From NCBI GenBank assembly GCA_964549305.1, contig CAZJVM010000046.1, positions 1 through 20,800 of the forward strand: DNA of 20,800 nt, written 5' to 3'. The translations under genes were made by a program, and so were the position numbers. Position 1 is the stretch's first letter; each line of letters starts with the position of its first letter. Origin of the DNA: an uncultured bacterium. GTDB lineage: Bacteria; Schekmanbacteria; GWA2-38-11; J061. Shown in pieces: positions 6,886 through 14,957 of this stretch. Below the pieces are notes generated by a model. That model did not search any database, was not told where the DNA came from, and saw only the letters and a list, made by a program, of their open reading frames with translations.

Positions 6886-8748
6886 TTAATCGCTTTTCCC
6901 CAGTGAGAGCAGATACCCGAAAGAATCTTCAATATCTTTTAAATAGAAAACAGACCCTTCACATTTTCCTACTGCTTTTTGTGCCAAAATGACCGTCATC
7001 TCTTCCAACTCTTCGCTCTTCTTTATCAATTCTCCCGATTTTTCATCAACGCAAATCTTTAATTCAACTTTGTCGTTAAAACCGTTATCACCGGAAATTT
7101 GGGACATAATTCTTATTATATTCCCCCGGGTGCAGTAACTGACAAGTGAAAAAAGAAGATTTTCGATGGAATACTTGATAACCTTTTTGGGGAATTTTAC
7201 TTTGGGATTGTCCTTGTCAAGCTGAAGCTCAACAGTCAGACTCTTTTCACGAAAAATATTCTTCTTTTCTTCGATTATCTCATTTACAACTTCATTGAGA
7301 GGAAATTCTTCTGCAACTGCGTTGTTGACGTTTTCATATTGCATAATTCTTTCTATGAGCAAATCAATGCGGTCGATATCACTATTCACTATTTGAAAGA
7401 AGTCCTTGCGAAATTCCACATCATCATATTTCTCCGGAAGAAGGCTTGCAAAAGTTTTGATTCCCACAAGAGGATTCTTAATTTCATGGGCAAGATTAAT
7501 CACTATGTCTGACGGCAGTTTCTCTTCATCCCCTCTGTCAGACGCTGTCTCGGGAAAACTTTCAGTCACAGGGTTTCTTACGGAATTTTCACTATGAGAA
7601 GATATTTCTTCACCTCCGGCATCTTCGCAAATCTTAAGGGGCATAAACTTCACATCATTTTCATTAACAGTATCCGATTCGCAAAATAATATACTTCTTT
7701 GAACAACGCTAATCAGTTCATCGATATTCGAAGGCCAGATGTATTTTTGCATAATATCAATCGCGGAAGAAGAGAAGGACTTAAAGGGGATGGAGTATTT
7801 CGAGCAATAAAATTCAGCAAGGTTATTGACTATCAGAGGGATTTCATCAGTCCTTTCACATAGAGAATGAAGTGAACATTCGGCAACTGACAAGCGATAA
7901 AAAAGTTCATCGTTTATCTTTTTTTCATTCAATAGCTCTTTGAGAGAAAAACGTGAAGACGCGATGATTCTCAACCTTATATCGGTCACTTCTTTTTCAT
8001 CAACCTTCAGATTTTCCATTCCGTCAAGAAGGGAAAGAATTTGCTCTTTAGATTCAGTGGAAAGGGCATCGAAATTCTCAATATATAGAGTTCCGCAAAT
8101 GAAGTCATCTTGTCGCAAAGTATTGACAATGCGGGAAAAGATTCCATTATCTTCATCGATGCCGTTAATTTTTAAAAACCCGAAACTTCTCATAGATGAA
8201 CCGTCATGAATCATTCTTGCAACATCCGCCCCTCTCATACCTCTTGCGCATTTAAAGAAAACCGGTATTCCCGTTTTCATGAGGAGCGATAATTTTTTAT
8301 TGGCGGGCATCCCGATAAAGGGATTCATATTTATGAAAAGTCCACTGCCGGCATTTCCCGGTGCCATGGCTATACTTCTTTTTTCTTTTAAATCATTAAA
8401 CAGAGATTCCGCCACATCGGGTATCGATAAAACAGAATCCGCTTTTCTGGCAAGGCAGATGACTTTTCCGAAAGGCAGGAAATAGGAAATTGCCCTGTCA
8501 TTTTCAGGTGATATGGTAATTAACGCTTTGTCATCGAGCTTTTCCGGAATATTGCCTAAAGCGGAAAAAAACTCCTTTAACGGTTTGTCAGTCCCAAATA
8601 TTATCAATTCAGCATCACTGCCCGATAAAATTTCACCAATTCCCTTTTCCGCGGCACATTCGGTGACTTCATAATCATCTTTTAAAACAATTCTCAGAGA
8701 TTCCCTGTAAATAAGAGAGTCGTCAATTATTAATACTTTTTTCTTCAT
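6886..8748 (-). CDS. Atypical signalling chimera: pseudo-receiver + degenerate sigma54-type AAA+ + HisKA (His retained) + degenerate HATPase
   Basis: N-terminus VLIIDDSLIYRESLRIVL; AAA+ remnants GTLYIENFDAL, LRIIASS, ELFYRLSV, YIWPSNIDEL; H-box LAHEIKNPLVGIKTF. C-terminal region lacks recognisable N, G1 and G2 boxes. ATG abuts the kinase stop (TAAATG). Confidence 0.8.
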   Translation of the reverse strand: MKKKVLIIDDSLIYRESLRIVLKDDYEVTECAAEKGIGEILSGSDAELIIFGTDKPLKEFFSALGNIPEKLDDKALITISPENDRAISYFLPFGKVICLARKADSVLSIPDVAESLFNDLKEKRSIAMAPGNAGSGLFINMNPFIGMPANKKLSLLMKTGIPVFFKCARGMRGADVARMIHDGSSMRSFGFLKINGIDEDNGIFSRIVNTLRQDDFICGTLYIENFDALSTESKEQILSLLDGMENLKVDEKEVTDIRLRIIASSRFSLKELLNEKKINDELFYRLSVAECSLHSLCERTDEIPLIVNNLAEFYCSKYSIPFKSFSSSAIDIMQKYIWPSNIDELISVVQRSILFCESDTVNENDVKFMPLKICEDAGGEEISSHSENSVRNPVTESFPETASDRGDEEKLPSDIVINLAHEIKNPLVGIKTFASLLPEKYDDVEFRKDFFQIVNSDIDRIDLLIERIMQYENVNNAVAEEFPLNEVVNEIIEEKKNIFREKSLTVELQLDKDNPKVKFPKKVIKYSIENLLFSLVSYCTRGNIIRIMSQISGDNGFNDKVELKICVDEKSGELIKKSEELEEMTVILAQKAVGKCEGSVFYLKDIEDSFGYLLSLGKSD

Positions 8749-10875
8749 TTATTGCCGTTCGTTCTTTCTCCGTTCCACTGAAGCGGGATTTCCCGGCAGG
8801 TCAATTATAAACACACTGCCTTTACCCATTTCGCTTTCGGCTCTTATGTTTCCCCTGTGTTCCTGAATAATCTGATGGCTTATGGAAAGCCCAAGACCCG
8901 TCCCTTCATGCTTTTTAGTAAAAAAAGGATTAAATATACTCTCAAGGTCTTTTTTTTCTATTCCCGTCCCCGTATCGGCAAACTCAATCTGCGCATAAAT
9001 CCTGTCGTCGTGACGCACATTTCTTGTGGTAATTTGTATCTTTCCGTTTTCGGGTGTTGCCTGTATCGCGTTTAATATTATATTCAAAAATACCTGTTTA
9101 ATCTGTTCCTTGTCAACAGCTACGAGACGCAAATTTTCGTCATAGAACTTTTCAATTCTTATCAATTTCTTTTTTACCTGATTTTCAATAAGGAATATTA
9201 TATTATCTACAAGTTCGTTGAGGTTTTCTTCGGCAAGATTCGGCTTAGAAGGTTTGGAAAAATCGAGGAGTGCCGTTAAAAGCGTGCTTATCCTGTCAAC
9301 TTCGGCGGTAGTTATTGTGAGAAAATCGGTTCTGAACTCTTCGTCGTTTATCCTCTCGGGCAGAAGCTGAAGAAAGGTTTTTATGGAAACAAGAGGGTTT
9401 CTTATTTCATGAGCCATTCCCGCCGCAAGTTGTCCCAGCGAAGCGAGCCGGTCAGACCTTCTAATTCTGTTTCTCGATTCTTTCAGGCTTTCATATAATT
9501 TGGCATTTTCCACATATACGGCGAATTGATTGGAAAGAGTCTGAAAAAGCTTCAATTCATTTTCATTGTATATTTCCCCGTTCATTTTCTTTCCCATACA
9601 CAATGAGCCGATAAGGTTTGAGCGGTTAAGAATGGGGACGCAGATTTCCGCGCTTAGCTCACTCATTTTTTCGAGTATATAGCCGCTTCTTGGAATATAG
9701 GGGCTTTCCATTATTTCCTCCTTCACGACAACGGTATTTTTTTCTTCAAGCCACCGGAAGAAAAAATCGTTTTTCTCATATTTTGTATCATTTGAATTGC
9801 CGTTCATGCCGCAGGAGGACTCAACTTTGAATTCCCCCGTTTCTTCGTTTAAAAGGACAATACTCGCGTGGTCGATATCAAGCTTTTTAACCACTGTTTC
9901 AACCATAGTGTTCAACAGGGGTGCCATTTCGAGCACTTTGATCATGGCATCACTCAATTCGTGAATGGTTTCCTCGTGATTTACCTGTTTTTTAAAAAGG
10001 ATATTTTCCAGAGTTCTTTCCGTTCCTATTTTCGCTCTCGGAAAAATAAGCCCAACTAATATAAAAAGGGCAAGCATCATGAGGCTGAAAGGTAAGTTAA
10101 CGAAACCGAAGACCTTCTCCTGTGACCATAGGAGGATCGCATAACAGGGCACAATGAGAATAAGGACTATCACGGAGTAGGTTAGACTCTTCTTTATGAC
10201 AAAGGATATGTCAAGAAGCTTGTATTTTATAATAGCATAACTCACGATAAAAACAAAAATCGCCGTAAAGGGAGACGCTACGGGAACTGCGCTATCAAAA
10301 ACAAGGGGGAAAAATGAAGTAAGACCGCTCATATATCCGAAAAAGGACGCTATAAAAAGATATCTTATCTGATTCTTTCTTATTGCCATCTCAGTAACGA
10401 GATATTCCGAAACAAGCTCATAGAGGATAAGCATTGCCACGGTAATGAAAACTATGAAATGAATAATATATGCCTTTTCCGGAATTTCATAAAAACCAAT
10501 ATTAGCGCGCCTCTCCACACCGCTGATGAAATAAGGAGTATAACTTAAAATGAGTTCCGCGAAACCGGCTATATAAACGCCGATAAGAAGCCCCTTCCTC
10601 TCCTGAAGGTTATTAATGAATGCCGTAATGAAGTGCATACTGAAGATAGGGACAAATATCGCTCCCGCGTAAATAATCCTGCACCAGAAGAGCGCTTCTT
10701 CGGGAGTGGAAGCAATAGATATGCTGAAGCGTCCGTACTGCCACAAGGATGCCGCAATGCAGAGAAGAAGCCAGGTGACGTTGGCAATATTGCGCTTGTT
10801 TTTCCAGAATACGAAAAAACCCGACGAAAGGGTAAAAACCGTTCCGAAAAGAAATCCTAGGGAATAAACGCCCAT
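8749..10875 (-). CDS. Membrane sensor histidine kinase (N-terminal 7TM-type multi-pass region + GAF + HisKA + HATPase_c)
   Basis: About 9 hydrophobic segments in the first ~280 aa; GAF-like ICVPIL...LIGSLCMGKKMNGEIYNENELKLFQTLSNQ; H-box MAHEIRNPL; N-box NIILNAIQA; G1 FADTGTGI; IFNPFFT; G2 GTGLGLS. Confidence 0.93.
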   Translation of the reverse strand: MGVYSLGFLFGTVFTLSSGFFVFWKNKRNIANVTWLLLCIAASLWQYGRFSISIASTPEEALFWCRIIYAGAIFVPIFSMHFITAFINNLQERKGLLIGVYIAGFAELILSYTPYFISGVERRANIGFYEIPEKAYIIHFIVFITVAMLILYELVSEYLVTEMAIRKNQIRYLFIASFFGYMSGLTSFFPLVFDSAVPVASPFTAIFVFIVSYAIIKYKLLDISFVIKKSLTYSVIVLILIVPCYAILLWSQEKVFGFVNLPFSLMMLALFILVGLIFPRAKIGTERTLENILFKKQVNHEETIHELSDAMIKVLEMAPLLNTMVETVVKKLDIDHASIVLLNEETGEFKVESSCGMNGNSNDTKYEKNDFFFRWLEEKNTVVVKEEIMESPYIPRSGYILEKMSELSAEICVPILNRSNLIGSLCMGKKMNGEIYNENELKLFQTLSNQFAVYVENAKLYESLKESRNRIRRSDRLASLGQLAAGMAHEIRNPLVSIKTFLQLLPERINDEEFRTDFLTITTAEVDRISTLLTALLDFSKPSKPNLAEENLNELVDNIIFLIENQVKKKLIRIEKFYDENLRLVAVDKEQIKQVFLNIILNAIQATPENGKIQITTRNVRHDDRIYAQIEFADTGTGIEKKDLESIFNPFFTKKHEGTGLGLSISHQIIQEHRGNIRAESEMGKGSVFIIDLPGNPASVERRKNERQ

Positions 10876-10881
10876 TTTATT

Positions 10882-12135
10882 TTATATCTTCTTAAAAATG
10901 CAGACTGCATTATATCCGCCGAATCCGAAAGATATTTTCATTACATTCTTCAAAACCTTTTCATTCCCTTGTGACGATACGAAATTAAGGTTGCACTCAG
11001 GGTCAGGGTCTTCGAGATTTAGCATTGGATGGAGAAAATTATTTTCCATCATCAACAGGCAAGCTGCAATTTCAAGAGAACCGCAACCGCCCATTGCATG
11101 ACCTGTGTAAGGTTTTGTCGCGCTTACAAAGATACTGCCCGACAATTCTCCGAAGACATTTTGAATAGTAAGCGCCTCCGCCCTGTCATTATGAAGGGTC
11201 CCGCTTGCGTGGGGATTTATATAGTCTATTTTTTCAGGATTGAGTTTTGCGTCTTTAAGGGCTATCTTCACGGCGTTTTCCGCCTGCTTTGCGTCAGGGA
11301 GAGGAGTCATTACGTGATAGGCGTCTGCCGTTGCGCCATAACCCGTTATTTCGGCATAGATTTTGGCTCCCCGTCTTTTTGCCCTTTCCATCTCCTCAAC
11401 GATAAAAAGCGCCGAACCTTCGCCGAAAACAAGCCCGTCTCTTTTTCTATCAAAAGTCTTGTAAGCTTTTTTCGGGTCTCCTTCCGCAGTGCTAAGCAGA
11501 TTCACATTGGCAAAGGTGCCCATTGCAAAAGGAGTAACAGGTGTTTCCGAACCGCCTGCAATCACTATCTCGCTTCTTTCAGACCTTATCAATTCCGCCG
11601 CTTCACCTACTGCCGAAGTAGATGACGCGCAGGCAGTTGTCAATGTGGAACAGGGACCGGATATCCCGAGATTAATCATTATCTGGCTTGCCGCTGAGCT
11701 TGGAATAATCGATGTGGCAAAAAAGGGATTTATCCTCTTATAGCCCTTTTCCATAAACAAAGCATGCTGGCGCTCGCCTATAGCAAGCGCTCCCACGGAA
11801 GTACCCACAATCACGCCGATTCTGTCTCTTTCCTCAGTATCGAGATTCAGGTCTGAGTCTTCGACTGCCATCTTTGCCGCGGCAATCCCGAATTGCGCAA
11901 ACCTGTCCAACCTCTTCGCGCTTCTTGCCGGAATAAAATCCTCCGGATTAAAATCATTGGCTTCCGCGGCAAATTTGCACGGTAAAGACGACGCATCGAA
12001 ACTCTTTATATAGTCAACACCGGTAATACCGTTTTTCAGAGAATGCCAAAATTTTTCTTTTCCTATACCAATTGCTGATACGACTCCAAATCCTGTAATT
12101 ACGGCACGCTTTCTCAAAAAAATTTCCTCCTTCAT
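10882..12135 (-). CDS. Beta-ketoacyl-ACP synthase II (FabF-type ketosynthase); no acpP or other fab gene adjacent
   Basis: RAVITGFGVVS, DRFAQFG, catalytic Cys in TACASS, His in NPHASGT, His in KPYTGH, GLVFGEG, SFGFGGYNA. Confidence 0.92.
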   Translation of the reverse strand: MKEEIFLRKRAVITGFGVVSAIGIGKEKFWHSLKNGITGVDYIKSFDASSLPCKFAAEANDFNPEDFIPARSAKRLDRFAQFGIAAAKMAVEDSDLNLDTEERDRIGVIVGTSVGALAIGERQHALFMEKGYKRINPFFATSIIPSSAASQIMINLGISGPCSTLTTACASSTSAVGEAAELIRSERSEIVIAGGSETPVTPFAMGTFANVNLLSTAEGDPKKAYKTFDRKRDGLVFGEGSALFIVEEMERAKRRGAKIYAEITGYGATADAYHVMTPLPDAKQAENAVKIALKDAKLNPEKIDYINPHASGTLHNDRAEALTIQNVFGELSGSIFVSATKPYTGHAMGGCGSLEIAACLLMMENNFLHPMLNLEDPDPECNLNFVSSQGNEKVLKNVMKISFGFGGYNAVCIFKKI

Positions 12136-12173
12136 GAATTCTGTTCATCATTTCTTCTGAATTTAATATTTTA

Positions 12174-12701
12174 TCATTTCAGGTAGTTATCTCCAAATTT
12201 TTCCTTCATTTTTTTTTCTTCGAGAAGTACTCTCACTAAAAGAAAAGGCATATATGAAACCATTGCCAAAAGCAGGGTATAAAAAGCGTTTGCAACGAGC
12301 GGAAAACTCAATATCTCCAAAAGCACGGAAAAATAATAAGGATGCCTGGTTAATTTATAAAGCCCTTCTCTTATGAGAGGATGATTTTCGCGAATTTCAA
12401 TATGTACGCTGTGATATTTACCCAAAGTCTTTATCGCCTTGTTTCTTACGAAAAGCGCCGCAAAAAAAAGCGCAAATCCTATGGCGGAAATTACGGGATT
12501 AATGTCTCTTTCAATAATCAGAAATTCGGATATAACGGATATAACCAGAAGAATATGAGTTATCATCAGAGCATTGAATGTCCATAGATAATGTATTGTC
12601 CCCTTTTCCTTTTCCCTTTTCGAAAAAGTTTCCGCAAGACGCTCGATTGACATAAAGGCAATAAAAATAAAAATAATTCCAATATATAAATTATCAGTCA
12701 T
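12174..12701 (-). CDS. Isoprenylcysteine carboxyl methyltransferase (ICMT/PEMT) family membrane methyltransferase
   Basis: Several TM helices; AIKTLGKY, HPLIREGLYKLTRHPYY and RVLLEEKKMKEKFGDNY match the ICMT/Ste14 SAM-binding C-terminal motifs. Confidence 0.88.
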   Translation of the reverse strand: MTDNLYIGIIFIFIAFMSIERLAETFSKREKEKGTIHYLWTFNALMITHILLVISVISEFLIIERDINPVISAIGFALFFAALFVRNKAIKTLGKYHSVHIEIRENHPLIREGLYKLTRHPYYFSVLLEILSFPLVANAFYTLLLAMVSYMPFLLVRVLLEEKKMKEKFGDNYLK

Positions 12702-12835
12702 AAAAATATAAATTAATTTAAATTTAAACCTTTGTTTTTCCGATGCTCATCTTTTTTAATCTTTTAACATACTGATATTACAACGATTTGCTTATAATTG
12801 TCATTAATTTATTTATAAAACGTACATTTTAAAGA

Positions 12836-12864
12836 TTGACAATATTTGAATATAAATGCAATAT
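12836..12864 (+). promoter_or_regulatory. Possible sigma70 promoter for the divergent small ORF
   Basis: Perfect TTGACA (12836-12841), 17-bp spacer, weak -10 CAATAT (12859-12864). Very AT-rich context. Confidence 0.3.
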
Positions 12865-12894
12865 TAACAAAAAATAAACAATATAAAACATAAT

Positions 12895-13227
12895 ATGTCC
12901 AATTTTCTTAACCAAAAAGGGAAATATTCAATGTCAGAAGCTAAAAAGGAAAAATTATTAAAAAATCAGTTCACAATCTGGGAAGGAAAAGTTTCGATAA
13001 GTAATAACAATCTTAACAAGAATGGGATTATTCCCGTAAGATTGAATAAAAACAAAGCAGTCCTTTTATCGGAAGATGCGGATATTTTATGTGAATTGTC
13101 CGATGATATTTCACAGGTAATAGCAAACTTTATTAAAAAAGATATTTTTATAAGTGCAATTATTACGGCAAGGCCCGACAAAAAAAACGCAACTGTAAAA
13201 ATCAAAATATTCGCTTTCTGTGAATAG
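12895..13227 (+). CDS. Small hypothetical protein, weak resemblance to a HIRAN-like beta-barrel; start may be the second ATG (12931)
   Basis: 110-aa ORF filling the gap between two minus-strand blocks. Pattern NKAVLL..D..ILCELSDDISQVIA..IKKDIFISAII loosely resembles HIRAN. Low GC. Confidence 0.5.
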   Translation: MSNFLNQKGKYSMSEAKKEKLLKNQFTIWEGKVSISNNNLNKNGIIPVRLNKNKAVLLSEDADILCELSDDISQVIANFIKKDIFISAIITARPDKKNATVKIKIFAFCE

Positions 13228-13250
13228 AATCACAGAAACGGGATTTTACA

Positions 13251-14942
13251 TCAGGCAAGGAACTCCTTTCTTTTCATTGTTTTTACCGCTTTATATAAAG
13301 AAACGGTAAGCAGCAAAATGCTTATTGTAAATATTGCAAAATAAGACATATACACTCCCGTGTTTCCCATATCTCTTAAAAATATCTCTCTTTGAAAATA
13401 AGCGTAAACAGGATATGCTTCGATTACTATCACAGCGCCAATATAACAAAAAGAAACTATCATAAGCACTATTCCCCCGTAAGACGCGGAGACCTGCACT
13501 ATGTTTTCGTGGGAAAATTTAGGAAACAATACTCCGCACAGGATTGACACCGCAACGATAACGGCAGTAATAATAACTGTCGTACATAACGACATAAACA
13601 TTATAAAAGGGCTTGCATTTAGAAGAGTGTTCGAGAAGTAGGTTATAAAAAGCGCGAAAAAAAGCAGGGGGAAAAAATAAAAATAATATTTCGACATTAT
13701 ATATTTCCCCGCATCGAGAGGCAGTGAGCGAATTAACCATATGCTTCTGCCTTCCATACTTATTGAAGGATAGACAAAACGCGCGCAAAGCGCGGCAAGG
13801 ACAAAACCCGCCATTCCCATATTTACGAATGCTATGAAGTTTTTCAGATAATAGTTATTCAGGGGAAGTTTATAAATGTTAAAAAGATAGATTAGAAGAA
13901 GCGCGCCGAGCAACAATACCTGAGTCCATTGTGACGGGTCTCTTACAAACATCTTAATCTCTTTTCGCCAAAGCTCAATAAAAAGCGACGAACTCCTTTT
14001 GCCCGATCCGCTGTTTAGAAAATACTTAACACTTTTTCCCCGCTTTTTGATTATCCTTCCCGCGGTTTCAAAAAGAGATTTTTCATAGGAAAAAAAAGCG
14101 ACAACCGTTGAAAGCAGAATAAAGAAAAGAGCGGTAAGAGAGCTTAATAATAATATATTTCCTACGGGAGTGAAAAAACCGTCAATTGAATGTCTTATCA
14201 ATGTGGCGCCCCAGGTACTCGGCAAAAAAGCGTAACCGGGAATCTTTAGCTGTTCAAAAAAATCAACCACCATTTCATCGGGGACATTCCCTATAAGCTT
14301 TTCAGGCTCCATAGCGCGAAACATAAGTAAAAGCGACACGACGAGAAAAGCCGCAAGGAAAGAACAGAGCTGATAAATCTTTTCTGGTCTGAAATATTTC
14401 ACTATGACCTGCGAAAGAGAATTTCCCATACTTGAAGCAGTTAAAAGGAGAAGCAAAAAATAGATTATCGATGAGGCATAGAATGCCGGCTCGAGCCCGT
14501 AGACATTTCCGAAAGCGAAGAAAATCGGAATTCCAAAAAGCAGAGGCATCCATACGCTCTGAATCAGGGACTGCAATGTTTTTATAAGATAAATACTGAG
14601 GCGCGACAGAGGCAGGGTTTTCAGATATCCGATATCGGAAGAAAGATAAAGATTGGATACGGAAATAATCAGGGATGAAAAAAGAACCATTGAAAAAAAG
14701 GAAATGAAAATAATTCTCCACAATTCCACAAGAAGTATATTGCCCACTCCGTCCTCAAGGTTGAAAATATATGTGGTCACTCTGAAGAAAAAGAAATAAT
14801 CAAAAAGAATGAAGACAAGGGCAATTGAAGAAAAAAACAGCAGTTTCGGAATATCTTTTAAGGTGACGGTAAAAAGGCTGTTTATTGCCATTAAAAGGCG
14901 CGCGCGTAACAGAGGCAGAAAATTCTTTAATATATTTATCAT
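13251..14942 (-). CDS. ABC transporter permease (ABC-2-like exporter membrane subunit)
   Basis: Many TM helices; LYLSSDIGYLKTLPL, KEIKMFVRDP and SISMEGRSIWLIRSLP motifs; 15 bp downstream of an ABC ATPase. Confidence 0.85.
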   Translation of the reverse strand: MINILKNFLPLLRARLLMAINSLFTVTLKDIPKLLFFSSIALVFILFDYFFFFRVTTYIFNLEDGVGNILLVELWRIIFISFFSMVLFSSLIISVSNLYLSSDIGYLKTLPLSRLSIYLIKTLQSLIQSVWMPLLFGIPIFFAFGNVYGLEPAFYASSIIYFLLLLLTASSMGNSLSQVIVKYFRPEKIYQLCSFLAAFLVVSLLLMFRAMEPEKLIGNVPDEMVVDFFEQLKIPGYAFLPSTWGATLIRHSIDGFFTPVGNILLLSSLTALFFILLSTVVAFFSYEKSLFETAGRIIKKRGKSVKYFLNSGSGKRSSSLFIELWRKEIKMFVRDPSQWTQVLLLGALLLIYLFNIYKLPLNNYYLKNFIAFVNMGMAGFVLAALCARFVYPSISMEGRSIWLIRSLPLDAGKYIMSKYYFYFFPLLFFALFITYFSNTLLNASPFIMFMSLCTTVIITAVIVAVSILCGVLFPKFSHENIVQVSASYGGIVLMIVSFCYIGAVIVIEAYPVYAYFQREIFLRDMGNTGVYMSYFAIFTISILLLTVSLYKAVKTMKRKEFLA

Positions 14943-14957
14943 ATACGGTTGCGCTCA

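Noticed and set aside
6886-8748. Pseudogene interpretation of the degenerate chimera
   Set aside because: No stops or frameshifts in 620 codons, tight coupling to the kinase gene and selective conservation of the H-box and receiver helix 1.
11029-11625. 198-aa plus-strand ORF, and similar antisense ORFs such as 280-744, 15716-16165 and 17921-18577
   Set aside because: Shadow frames opposite well-supported genes, with no recognisable motifs or RBS.
12836-12850. TTGACAATATTTGAA upstream of the ICMT gene as another activator site (autoregulation)
   Set aside because: Spacing differs by one base from the 5325/5348 repeats, no -24/-12 element follows, and the region is so AT-rich that chance similarity is likely.
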